Part shown: positions 26,765 to 49,004 of the stretch, one piece after another
Position numbering within the stretch: the first letter of the stretch is position 1
Layout of the letters: each line of letters opens with the position of its first letter
Assembly (NCBI GenBank): GCA_000004695.1
Contig: CM000152.2
Coordinates: 5,504,001 to 5,568,000, forward strand
Source of the DNA: Dictyostelium discoideum
Lineage: Eukaryota
Length of the DNA: 64,000 nt
Direction: 5' to 3'
The notes under the pieces: generated by a model
Databases searched by the model: none
Seen by the model: the letters and a program-made list of their open reading frames with translations, nothing else
Told to the model about the DNA's origin: nothing
Translations under genes and position numbers: made by a program

Positions 26765-28147
26765 TTAGGACCTATTATCTCTATCCCTATAGTTATAGTC
26801 TCTATTATTATTACTACTATTACTATTACTATTATTATTATTATTATTATATTTTTTTTTATTATTATAATTTGTATTCCATAATGAATCTTTTTCAGTT
26901 GTATCTTGATCTTTTAAATGAGTATATTTAGTTCTACCTGCTTTACCAAAGTTTTTAACTTGCATTACTTTTGGTAATAGTTCACGATTGAATTTATCTT
27001 CACCAGTTGGTGCAGAGAAATCTTTATTTTTAATATACTCGTCATCTTGAAAGAAAGCACCACGATGGTAATCTCTTTGAAGGAATTTCAATTGTTTCTT
27101 TTGTGAGTTATCAATGTTTGTTCGCGAACGAGATGGATCCTCTTTAAGGATTTGGTCATCGGTCATTGCTCTTCTTCTTGCAAATTCTTTCTTTTCAAAT
27201 TCTGCCAATAGACGAGTATGAATCTCCAATCTAACACGCTCCAATTCTCTTTGAATCCATAATAGTTTTTTACTACCATCTTGATCTTCATCATCGTCAT
27301 ACTCTTCCTCTTCTTTTTGTTCCAATTCTTTAGCTTCTTGCTCTTTTCTATCCCTATCTAATTCATCTTTTAATTTTCTATGAGCTTCGATTTTTCTTTG
27401 TTCTTTCTCTCTCTCCAATTGAGCTTGCTGTTCTTGTTCTTCTTTCTCCCATTGTTCATCAGTTTTAATTGTACCTCTATCATCTTTTTTTATAAATGTT
27501 GGTCTAAATATTGGTGGTTGATCCCAATATTCATCCTCATCATCCTCTTCTGAATCTGTTTCATATTCACTACTACCCTCTTCTTCACTTTCACCTTCAA
27601 TATCTTTAAATGGTTGTTGTTTCTCTTCTAATTCTTTTTGTTTTTGTTCTTCTTCTTCTTTTTTCTTTAAATATCTTTCTTTTGCTCTTCTTCTTCTATC
27701 ATCATCTTCATCATCATCATTATGATCCTTTTTTGTATCATTATTATTATTATTATTATTATCATCATCTTCTTTTATAATCTCTGTTTTTTGTATTCTT
27801 CTTGATGTAGTGGTTGTAGTTGTGGTGGTGGTATCATTATCATTATCATCATCATGATGTCTTCTTCTACTTGCTTTTCTTTCTTCAACAGATTGTGGTT
27901 CATCTTGATTTGAAGACCTATTTTTAAATCTAGCTAATCTCGGATCATTTGTTTCTGCTTCTTTAATTGATTTTTGATTTTGAATATTTGAAAAATGACT
28001 ATCTTGATCATCTTCCGCTTCTGCATAATCTGGTCTTTGACCTGCTCTATATCTAATTACTTTTGTACCACTTGTAACTACTGAATGTCCACCACTACTC
28101 TCTAAATTATTCTTTAATTTATCTCTTATCCTTGATGCAACTGACAT
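26765..28147 (-). CDS. mfap1: Microfibrillar-associated protein 1 (MFAP1/Spp381-type spliceosomal protein)
   Basis: Single 460-aa ORF, basic/acidic-rich. The conserved MFAP1 core is present: '[14 protein letters not shown]', '[20 protein letters not shown]', '[20 protein letters not shown]', '[43 protein letters not shown]'. Confidence 0.85.
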
Positions 28148-28287
28148 TTATTATAATTATATATATAAATAAAAAGGTAAAAATTAAAAAAAGGAAAAAA
28201 AAAGAAAAAAATTGAAAATTTAATTTTTTATTTTTTTTTATTTTTTTTTTTTATTTTTTTTACATAAAGGGGCGAAAAAATTAAAGT

Positions 28288-28332
<45 letters not shown>

Positions 28333-28382
28333 AAATAAATTAAATATGATCTTACCTCTCTCCTGAGATAGACACAATAAAA

Positions 28383-32679
<4,297 letters not shown>

Positions 32680-32929
32680 TAAAAATAAAAAAATAAAAAA
32701 TAATTAGTTTTGTTTTTTTTTTTTTTTTCTTTTCTTTTACTAAAATTTTTTCATTTTGCAAGTTCATTTTTGACCAAAAAAAAAAAAAAAAAGAGATAAA
32801 GATAAAAACAAAAACAAAAATGGGATTGCAAGAAATTTCATTTTTTTTTCATTTTTTTTTTTTATTTTTTTTTATTTTTTTATATTTTTTTTTATATTTC
32901 ATTTTTTAATTTCTTTCTATTTAAAATAA

Positions 32930-35307
<2,378 letters not shown>

Positions 35308-35487
35308 TAAAATCTTTTTTTTTTTAATTTATTTTTTTAACCTATTTTTTATTTATTTTTTTTTTGGGTTTTTCAAAAAAAGGTCTGAAAACCTAATTAT
35401 TGGAAAAAAAGTGTTTTGATATAGAACAAAATAAGCGAAAATGAATTTAGAAGATCGTTTCAAATTTCATTTGATTTTTATTAAATT

Positions 35488-35527
<40 letters not shown>

Positions 35528-35828
35528 GGACAACACCAGACCAAATCAAATTATTTTTTAAAATGGGAACAAATAAAGAATTTGGTTAATGTCAATTTAC
35601 TGGTAAAAGAAAAAAAAAAAAAAATATCTAACAATCAAGTATGTGATTTTCAAAAAATGTATAATCATTGGATTATAATAAAAATAAAATAAAAATATTT
35701 TTATAAATACTACAAAAAAATTAATTAATTTACAGTTTAGTGGTTTAAAAAAAATAAAAAAAAAAAAAGTTAAAATAAACTTAAAAAACCTATTATTAGA
35801 ACACACAGATCGAAATTACAAATCACCA

Positions 35829-35875
<47 letters not shown>

Positions 35876-36110
35876 GAAAAAAAAAAAATAAAAAATAAAA
35901 AAAAATAAAAAATAAATTTGGGCTCACCCACAAAAGATCAGTATCTGATTGTTTTTTTTTTTTTTATAATATTGATTTTGAAAAATTCAAATTTCTAAAA
36001 ATTGGATAGATACCTTTTGATTAAACAAAATTTTTTAAATTAGAGATGTTTCAAATAAAACCAGTTTTTATGCTCCAAATTATTTTTTTTTTTTTTTTTT
36101 TTTTTTCTTC

Positions 36111-36149
<39 letters not shown>

Positions 36150-36642
36150 AGAAAATATAATACAATAATTTAAAAAAAAAAAATTAAAAAATAAAAAAAT
36201 TTATTTATTAGTTTTTTTAATTTTAATTTACAAATCTATTATCATATTTAAATATTTTTTTATAATCAAAATAAATCAAAATCAAAAAATATTTTAATTC
36301 TTAACCAAATTCAATAAAAAAAAAAACAATTATAATAATTGTCAAAAATCAAATCAAAAAATAAAAAAAAAAAAAAAATAATTAAAAAAAATAAAAAAAA
36401 ATAAATTTTTTATCGTCCATTTATCGTCTTTGGGATTGAAATAAAAACCCTTTGAAAAAAAAAAAAAAAAAAAAAAAAAGCAAAAATAAATTTGTCTGCA
36501 AAGATATACGAAAAAAAAAAAAAATAATAAAAAAAAAATTGGCACACTAAAATTAAAAATAACAGCAAAGATAAAAAAAAAAAAAAAAAAAAAAAAACAG
36601 CAAATATATAATTATATAAAACAATATAATAAAAAAAAAGAT

Positions 36643-38909
36643 ATGGAAATTGATAATTTATTTTTTTACTGTTGGAGAAATGTTTATATTAGAGGTTTAA
36701 TATTTAATTTTATTAAAACCAATAAAACAGAATTAATAAATCCAAATTTTGGTATTTACAATTATTATCAAATGAATGATGTAAATTTAATGGCAACAAA
36801 TAAAGGATTAAAGCAATTGTTAGTTGAAAAGGTTGAAAAAAAATATCATTTAAATTTTAATTTTTCAAAATCTGGAATTCCTTTTGAAAATATTTTTAAA
36901 AATTTTAAAAATGAAACTGATAAAGAATTTTTTAATAATCTATTCAAAAATTATCCAAATTATTTTTTATCTTCAATTGATATAACAGCAGAATATTCAA
37001 TGGCCTGTGATTGTGTTGTTGCATTCCAAGTTTTAGTAAATAATTTTAATTATACTCCAATTAATTGTAAACAATTATTTATTGATTCAATTTTAAAAGG
37101 TTCTATCGAAACTTCAAAATTAATAAATGAAAAGTTTAATCCAAAACTAAACCAAATTGATTATGATGAAATTTGGAAATTATTATTAAATAAGAATGTT
37201 GACCTTGTAATAGAAGAAACTATTCCAAATAATGACCCAATTGGTAAAATTAATAAATCAATTGAATATTTAGTAAAAGAATTAAATGCACCCTTACCAC
37301 CACCTATCGATAATAATTCATTTAAATGTTTTATTGATTTTTCAATTAAAAATAGAAATCTTGAATATATTTTATCAACTTGTTATTCAATTTCCTATTT
37401 AAAATCATCTTTGGAATTATTTATTTCTCCATTTCCAAATTTAACCAATTCATTTAAAATTTTAACAATTAAAGAATTGGATGAAATTAAAATGAAATTA
37501 ACTAGACAAGAATTAGAAAGTAATGTACAAGATATTGAAACTAATAATGAAATAATTTCAAAATTAGTTGGAATGGCTTCAAAATTTACAAGTATTAATT
37601 TTTATTTTAATATGGTATTTTATTATCAACATTATGAAAATAATTATATAACTTTAATGAAATTGAAAATCAAAATCAAAATTTATCATTATTTAATGAA
37701 ATTTTAATTGCACATGGTAATTATAAAGGAATAGTTGAAAATGTTGATTTAATGGAACTTGAACCACATCAAAAAGGTAAATCAATTATAATCACTGGTA
37801 AAGAATCATTTAAAATTTTTAGATCATGTAAAAATAATATTGAAAATGTTTTTAAAATAATGGTACAAGATATTATTGATAATTTCACATTTAGAACTAA
37901 ACCATTAACTGAGATTCATTCAGTTTTAGATATTATTAAATTTTTAGCTACTTTTGGTGATACAAAATTAGTTTTAGAATTATTTGCAGAAATTAATAAA
38001 AACTATGTAATAGTTTCAGGGTACCCAAATCAAGCATATTCTCTAGTAACTTCAACTGAAATGTTTGATATTATATTTTTTAAATTTAAAAATGCATTTA
38101 GATTAAATGAAATTTATGATCTTGTTGATTCAAATAATGATAGAACAAATACTTATTTAATTTTAGATCATTTTAAATCAAAATATCCAAATGAATATAA
38201 TAAAGTAGTAGCACATTATAATCCATTGCCAAATCATTTATTAAATGAATTTATTTTCAATAATTTAGAAGAACATAAACAAAAACTAATTGAAAGTGAA
38301 TGTTGGCTAAATAGAGTAAGAAATGGTGTTGTACCATTAGAACATTTTAAAAAACTTTTAGAAATCACTCCAGATGATCAAGAATATCATTGTTTTGAAA
38401 GTAGTGAAATTTTTAATTATGTTTTCAATCAACGTATGCATGATATTGAAAATGGTAGATTTCAATTAACTCAAAGATCAAATTTATTAAATTATTATGT
38501 TACTGGTAAATTAGAAACAACAATTTTAAATTATATTGAAAAACCAATAAATTTTCCAAATTTAAATAGTTGTATAGATTTATTAATTAAATTTAATGAT
38601 TTAATTTCATTGAAATTCATTTTTGATTATTTTAATTTACCAAATTGTTCAAATTATCAAATATTCTTTAAAAATCATTTAATATTGATATCAGAACAAA
38701 ATAATTTACAAGTTTTATCATTTATTTTTCAAAATTATCCAACATTACTAACTCAAGAAAATTTACAATTCTTATTTAATCATTGTTATCAAAAAACTGC
38801 CTCGATTGAAATAATTAATTATATTATTAAATCAATTAGATTTAAACCAAATTTATTAAATTTATATTCTATTCCGATTGTAAAAAATTATTTTAATTTT
38901 TCAAATTAA
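36643..38909 (+). pseudogene. Dictyostelid orphan-family gene, copy A. Frameshifted around 37645-37707 relative to its intact tandem paralog at 39803..42169.
   Basis: Two ORFs, 36643..37707 and 37752..38909. Together they are collinear with the single 788-aa ORF of copy B. 'MEIDNLFFYCWRNVYIRGLIFNFIKTNKT' matches 'ELFFYCWENVYIKKVIFENLKTNKT'. 'IAHGNYKGIVENVDLMELEPHQKGKSIIITGKESFKIFRSCK' matches 'ISHGDYKDLVLNINKL...INGKSIYFLGFESYTLFRSCK'. The second frame is open from about 37644 and overlaps the end of the first. That pattern is an indel signature, not an intron. Confidence 0.5.
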
Positions 38910-39518
38910 AAAATTATATTAATAAAATTTTAAATATATAAAATAAATAAAAATAATTTTTTTTTTATATATAACATTTATTTTTATGTGTTTGTTATTG
39001 TAATAATAACTATTCAAAGATAATATATTTATATTTGATCGTTTTAAAATATTTTTAATAATAATAACAAACCAATATAAAATAAAAAATTTTTTTGTAA
39101 ATTAAAAAGGTATTAATTAATTATTGTTATTAAACATTAAAAAAATAAAAATTATTTCATTTACTAGATATTGAGAATAAAAATTACAAATTTGTTTGTA
39201 TTTTTTTATTTTTTTTATTTGTGTTAAAATTGTTTTATAAAAAAATAAATAAATAAAGATAAAAATAAAATAAAATTAAATTTTTATCAATAAATTGGAA
39301 AAAAAAATAATAACAACACTAGGTTTTAATATGGGGGTTTTAATTTGTAATTTTGAAATTATTAATTTGTTATTTTATTTTAGATCACACACCACACAAT
39401 TTAAATTCATTTTACATGTTCTCATCATTAAAATTAATTTTTTATTTAATTTAACACTATAAAAAACAATCGTTTTGTGCAATAAAAAAATAATTTGTTT
39501 ATTTATGTTACAATTAAT

Positions 39519-39560
<42 letters not shown>

Positions 39561-39802
39561 CATAATTTAACACTTTATTAAAATTATTATTTTATCTAGG
39601 TGTTAAAATTATTTATATTAAATATAGTTTAATATTTTAATATTTTAATATTTTTTATATTGCCATAAAGAAAAAAAAAATAATAATAATAATAAAAAAA
39701 AAAAAAAAAAAAAAAATAATAATAGTAATAATTTAATTTTTTTAATTTAATTTTTATAATTTATAATTAATAAAATTATAACAAATTAAAAGAAAGAAAG
39801 AA

Positions 39803-42169
39803 ATGGAAATAAATAATGGTACATTAAAAAGGAATTCAGAATTATTTTTTTATTGTTGGGAAAATGTTTACATAAAAAAAGTAATTTTTGAAAATTTAAA
39901 AACAAATAAAACTTCAATAATAAACCTATTATATGGAATATATAATTATTTACAATTAAATGATGTTAATACAATTACAACAAATGAAAACTTACATATT
40001 TTATTAATAGATAAAATTAAAAAAACAAGAAATTTAAATTTTAATTTTCCAAAAACCAAGATTCCCTTTGAATTAATTTTCCAAAAGTTTAATTCAAATG
40101 AAACAATTGATTTTTATAAAGATTTATTTAAAAATTATCCAAAGTATTTCCTTTCTTCAATGGATGCAATTTGTGAATATGCAATCAAATGTAATAATAT
40201 AGTTGCAATTCAAGTTTTAATAAAACATTTTTCATTTGTCCCAAATAATAGTAAAGAAATTCTAATAAGTTCAATTTTAAATGGGTCATTCAAAGTTGCA
40301 AGTTTTTTAAAAGAATCTTTTAATATAAACCTTACCAATGAAGATTATAATAAAATATGGAATTATTTATTATACAATGAAAATGTGGAAGGCACAAAAC
40401 AAGAAGCCCATTCAATGTTTGAAGTAATAAAACATAATAAAAATATAAATTTTAATAAAATAAATGATTCAATTGAATATTTAGTAAAAGAATTAAATGC
40501 ACCATTACCATCACCTATTGGTAATAATTCATTTAAATGTTTCATTGATTTTTCAATTAAAAAAAGAAATCTTGAATTTATTTTATCAACTTGTTATTCA
40601 ATTTCATATTTAAAATCATCTTTGGAATTATTTATTTCACCCAATCCAAATTTAACGAATTCAATTAAAATTTTATCAATTAAAGAATTGGATGAAATTA
40701 AAATGAAATTAACTAGACAAGAATTAGAAAGTAATGTACAAGATATTGAAACTAATAATGAAATAATTTCAAAATTAGTTGGAATGGCTTCAAAATTTAC
40801 AAATATTAATTTTAATGTTAATATGAAGTTTTATTATCAACATTATTATTTTAATGAACCACCTAAACAATGGGGAGATTTTTTAACAAATATTTATAAC
40901 TATATTGAAATTTCAATATCACACGGAGATTATAAAGATTTGGTACTAAATATTAATAAACTACCAATTGATCCTACAATTAATGGTAAATCAATTTATT
41001 TTTTGGGTTTCGAATCATACACATTATTTAGATCATGTAAAAGTATAATGAACCAAAAATGTGAAATATTTATTCAAGATGTTGTTAATCATCAATTAGA
41101 TACAACAATTGCACCAGAATTAAAACATTCAATTATTGATGTTATAAAATTTTTTATTACTTTAGGAAATATTGAATTGATTCAACAACTTTTTATACAA
41201 CTAGATTATTTCAATATTCAAATTAATCCATCAAATTTAATATACTCTTTTATTAATTCAACTGAAATGTTTGATTTAATTTATCAAAGATTTAGAGAAA
41301 CATTCAATTTAAATGAAATTTTAGAAATTGTAAATATGTATAATAAGGTTGAAATTAAATATTTAATACTATACCATTTTAAAAACAACTATACCCAAGA
41401 TTATTATCAACAACTTGAAAATTATATACCATGTGTAAATAATTTATTAAATGAATTTATTTTTGAAAATATTCAAGATTTTCAAAATAAATTAATAGAA
41501 TCAAATTTTTGGTCAAATTCTTATGCAATTAAAACTATAAATACCAATCTCCCATTAAAACATTTTAAAAAATTATTAGAAATAACTCCTATTGATCATG
41601 AATATTATCATTGTTTTAATAATTTTGAAAATTTAAAATATGTAATAGATTTTAGAAAACAAGATATAATCAACAATCGTAGATTTTATATACAATTTGA
41701 AAATTCATCAATTTATAATATATATGCATGTGGAATGATGGAAGAAATTTTTGAGGAATGTTTAGAAAAACCAATTAATATCCCAATGGAAAATTTAAAT
41801 AATACATTTGATTTAATGATTAAATCAATTGATTTAAAATCAATTAAATTTATAATTGATTATTTTAATCTAACAAATAATAATACATTTATTCAAAACT
41901 TTAAGGGATGTTTAAATACAATCTCAAAGTTTAACCGAATTGAAGTTTTATCATTCATATACAATAACTATCCAACACTATTATCTCAAAATAATTTACA
42001 ATCATTATTTGAACATTGTTTACAAGTAACAGGTTCAATTGAAATAATTCAATTTTTAATTAAAGATATTAGATTTAAACCAAACCTTGAAAATATTGAT
42101 AAAAATATTAATTTTACAGATAAAACTTTTATAACTAAAAATTATTTTTTAAAATATTTAAATAAATAA
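39803..42169 (+). CDS. Dictyostelid orphan-family protein, copy B (788 aa, intact), with no recognisable domain
   Basis: Single uninterrupted ORF. It is homologous along its length to copy A at roughly 40-50% amino-acid identity. One segment of about 110 residues is nearly identical even at nucleotide level ('SIEYLVKELNAPLP...KELDEIKMKLTRQELESNVQDIETNNEIISKLVGMASKFT'). Confidence 0.7.
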   Translation: MEINNGTLKRNSELFFYCWENVYIKKVIFENLKTNKTSIINLLYGIYNYLQLNDVNTITTNENLHILLIDKIKKTRNLNFNFPKTKIPFELIFQKFNSNETIDFYKDLFKNYPKYFLSSMDAICEYAIKCNNIVAIQVLIKHFSFVPNNSKEILISSILNGSFKVASFLKESFNINLTNEDYNKIWNYLLYNENVEGTKQEAHSMFEVIKHNKNINFNKINDSIEYLVKELNAPLPSPIGNNSFKCFIDFSIKKRNLEFILSTCYSISYLKSSLELFISPNPNLTNSIKILSIKELDEIKMKLTRQELESNVQDIETNNEIISKLVGMASKFTNINFNVNMKFYYQHYYFNEPPKQWGDFLTNIYNYIEISISHGDYKDLVLNINKLPIDPTINGKSIYFLGFESYTLFRSCKSIMNQKCEIFIQDVVNHQLDTTIAPELKHSIIDVIKFFITLGNIELIQQLFIQLDYFNIQINPSNLIYSFINSTEMFDLIYQRFRETFNLNEILEIVNMYNKVEIKYLILYHFKNNYTQDYYQQLENYIPCVNNLLNEFIFENIQDFQNKLIESNFWSNSYAIKTINTNLPLKHFKKLLEITPIDHEYYHCFNNFENLKYVIDFRKQDIINNRRFYIQFENSSIYNIYACGMMEEIFEECLEKPINIPMENLNNTFDLMIKSIDLKSIKFIIDYFNLTNNNTFIQNFKGCLNTISKFNRIEVLSFIYNNYPTLLSQNNLQSLFEHCLQVTGSIEIIQFLIKDIRFKPNLENIDKNINFTDKTFITKNYFLKYLNK

Positions 42170-42264
42170 TAATTTTATTTATATTTCTCTATGGTTGTAC
42201 AACAAATTATTTATTTTTTATTTATTTATTATTTATTATTTGTTTTATTTATTATTTAATTTAT

Positions 42265-44140
42265 TTATTTCTTCTTTTTTACAGCTTCTAATTTTAAGAG
42301 AGTTTTACCAATTTTAATAGTATCACCAGGTAAGAGATAAGCTTTACTAATTCTTTTATGATTAACTTTAGTACCATGACCAGAACCTAAATCAATGATA
42401 ATTACAGAATTTTCAGAAACTTCAATTTTACAATGGCTTCTTGATACTTTTTTATCACCAACAGTGACAATACAACTTTCAGAACGACCAATTGTATTAT
42501 TACCTAAATTTAATTTGACAACAGCTGGTTTTTCAGTTGGTGGTAAATCGAAGGGTGTGATAATTAAAGTTGCAGTGAACTTTTTACCATAACCATTGAT
42601 TGGTTGTTGATGAACACCTTCTTCTGACACTCTTGGTTGTTGATTTAATTTTAATTTATCCATTGGTGGCATATCAATTAATTTCTTACCTTCTTTTGCA
42701 TTATTTAATGCTAATACCCAATCTTTCATTGCAACATGATGTTTAGCTTTCAATATAAATACACTTAATGGTGTTGATAATTTAAAGCAATGTCTAAGAT
42801 CTGGTGAATCACAAACTGAAATATCTGTATATTTTAATGTAATAACACCTTGTGGTGGCTAAAAAAAAAAAAAATTAGTAATCTAAAGATTTAATAAAAA
42901 CATATATATATATGTATATATATATAATGTAATAGTTTACCATTTTTGAACTTTTATAATAATATAAACATCTTTCAACTAAAACGAAATAATAACCTTT
43001 CCAAGTTATTTGATCATCACTATCTTCCATTATTAATAGATTACCAGATTTATCTTTTTTAGATTTATTCAAAATATTTGAAGAGTAAGTATCAATCTCT
43101 TGAAGTAAAATTAAAAGACGATCCAATTCAACTTGAGTTTTTTGTTCAAACAATGGTGAAACTACAGTGTAAGCTTCGAGACGTTCATCATAATCGGTTT
43201 GAGTTAGATTAGTTCTAACTAGATTTTGTAAAACTGAATTCCATTGTTCAAATTCTTCATTTGTAGAGGCACAAAGTGAATCGATTCTTTTATTCTTTGA
43301 AAAGATTTGTAATTGATAATTACCAACGTTTGGAGTTTTCATATCGATAAGATTCTTTTCTTTCAATGGGATTGGTGGTGTGATGAATGAGATTGTGATT
43401 GTACCTTTTGGTTTTCTTGCTTTTTTGGTTTTAAAATAATGTAAATGATTACCAATCAATACGAAATAATATTTCTTCCAACCTGCGGCGAATCTACTCT
43501 TTTTCAATAACTCACCCTCCATAGTTGCATGATTATGTTCTGCTTCCAATACCCAACCACGATCGATAACTGATAAATGTGATGATATCTTTTTGTCAAG
43601 CGAACTTTGTTGTTCTGTTAATAATTTAATATCAGTTTTATTATCCTTTTTACCACCACTGCCACCACGTACACCATCAACTTCATTACCACTGTTGTCT
43701 TCATTTGATGAGGTTATTGGTCTAATCTCTTTTGGTTTCTTTGAAGATGATGATGCTTTTTTAATTGCTTTATGATCATCATCTGCTTCATCCTCTGATG
43801 ATGAATAAATATCATAACTATAATAATTTGAATTAATTCTTTGATTAAATTCATCCTCTGTAATTGGTACTGGTCCTCTAATACTACCTGAACTTTCATT
43901 CTTTCTATGAATTACATCAAATTCATCCTCATCATGATTTTTATGATTACTTGGGCTACTTGATGTTGTTGTAGTTGTTGTTTGTTTTTTACTAATACTA
44001 CCACTTGTAGATGATGATGATTCTTTCTTTTTACTACTACTGTTACTACTAGATGATGATTTCTTTTCTTTCTTTGATGATCTTGTTAATGGTTCTTCAA
44101 TAAATTCATCCTCTTCTAAGTCTACTAATTTACCAAACAT
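42265..44140 (-). CDS. PH-PH-FHA domain protein with a Ser-rich N-terminus, 2 exons: complement(join(42265..42858,42941..44140))
   Basis: Exon 1 (400 codons) carries two PH-like segments: 'GWVLEAEHNHATMEGELLKKSRFAAGWKKYYFVLIGNHLHYFKTKK...PKGTITI' and 'ITWKGYYFVLVERCLYYYKSSKM'. It ends at a GTAAAC donor (phase 0). The acceptor is a t-rich run ending in ag at 42859. Exon 2 completes the second PH ('PPQGVITLKYTDISVCDSPDLRHCFKLS...VAMKDWVLALNNA'). It then encodes an FHA domain ('NTIGRSESCIVTVGDKKVSRSHCKIEV...IIIDLGSGHGTKVN...LLPGDTIKIG'). Confidence 0.7.
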
Positions 44141-44613
44141 TTCTTTTTTTTTTTATTTATAATATAATATTGTTTTTTTTTCTTTTATTTTATTTGTATG
44201 TATTTTAAAAAAAAAAAAAATTAAAATTTTTTAATATGGGCTATTCGATGAGCAAAGGCGTGTGTGAATTGCGGTTGAGGGGGTTTAATATATATATATT
44301 TTTTATTTTTTTTTCAAATATATAAACTATTAAAAATTATAAAAAAAAAAAAAAAAAATTTTTGAGGAAGGTGATCAAGATTGAACTAAATTTAAATTTA
44401 TTAATCTGTATTCAAATAATAGTGGGTGAAAGAAATTGGGTATAAAAAAAAAAAAAATGTTTAAAAAAAAAAAAAAAAAAAAAAGATTTTTTTTTTTTTT
44501 TGTTTAAATACAATAGCGGTTTGTGTGAAAAAGAAAAATAAAAAAAAAAAAAAAATGGCTAATAGAATTTTTATGGATTCGATGAATTTGTAGATTTTTA
44601 TATTTATTTATTT

Positions 44614-44651
<38 letters not shown>

Positions 44652-45010
44652 ATATAGTTTATTTTAATATATTTTGCTATAAGACACAAAAAAAAAAAAA
44701 AAAAAAAAATAAAAATAATTATAAAATAAAATAAAACGTGGTATATTCACATGAAAATTTGTACACTATCAATCACGAAAAAAAAAAAAAAAAAAAAAAA
44801 AGAATTAATTTTCTTTCATTCTTTGAATCTAAAAAATTCAACAAATAATGGGATCTCGATATTTTCAATCTTTTTTTTTTTTTTTTTTTTTTTTCTTTCA
44901 CAAAATTACAAAAATTTGTCAAAAACTCGCATCTATTTTTATAACCAATTTTTTATTTTTTGTTTTTTTTTTTTATTTATTATTATTGTTATTTTATAAT
45001 TTATTTAAAG

Positions 45011-46148
<1,138 letters not shown>

Positions 46149-46410
46149 TTTTTTTTTTTTCTATCTGAAAAAAAATGAAAAAAATAATAAATTATAATTT
46201 GATGTGTTCACACAAAAACGCGATAAAATTTAAAAAATAAAAAAAAAAAATAAAAAAAAAAAAAAAAAATTTAAAAAAAAAAAAATAAAAATTAAAAAAA
46301 AAAATATTAATTATGTTTGAAATAATATAATTAAAATATTATTTTTTATTTATTTATTTTTAACTAAATCATTTCAATTATAAGCTTTTTTTTATCTTAT
46401 ATTATTATTT

Positions 46411-46444
<34 letters not shown>

Positions 46445-46676
46445 TATTAATTTATTATTTTTTTTTTAATTTTTTTTTTAATTTTTTTTTTTTAATTTGG
46501 GATAAATAAAATTACTTGTGAAAAATAAAAAGAAGATTTGATTTGAAAACTATTTAAACCTTGGGTATATGCATTTAATTTGCTATTATATTTAAATATT
46601 TAAATAATTAAAAGGTGGATTCACCGACGTGTTTAAAAAAAATTTTTTTAATTTTTTAAATTTTCGAGTATATTCA

Positions 46677-46713
<37 letters not shown>

Positions 46714-46967
46714 CAATTTAAATTATTATTTTATTTAAAAAGACTATTTTTGTATTTTATTTTTTTAATATTTAATATATTTTTTTACAGATTTGCTATA
46801 TTGTTTTTTGTTTTTATTTTTTTTTTTAATTTTTATTTTTTTTTTTTTTCATTTTTTTAATTTTTAAATTTTTTTTTTAATTTTTCAATTCCCTCACAGA
46901 TATCACTGTATATACATACACAAATATATTTATTATTATTATAAATTAAAAAAAAATTAAAAAAAAA

Positions 46968-49004
<2,037 letters not shown>

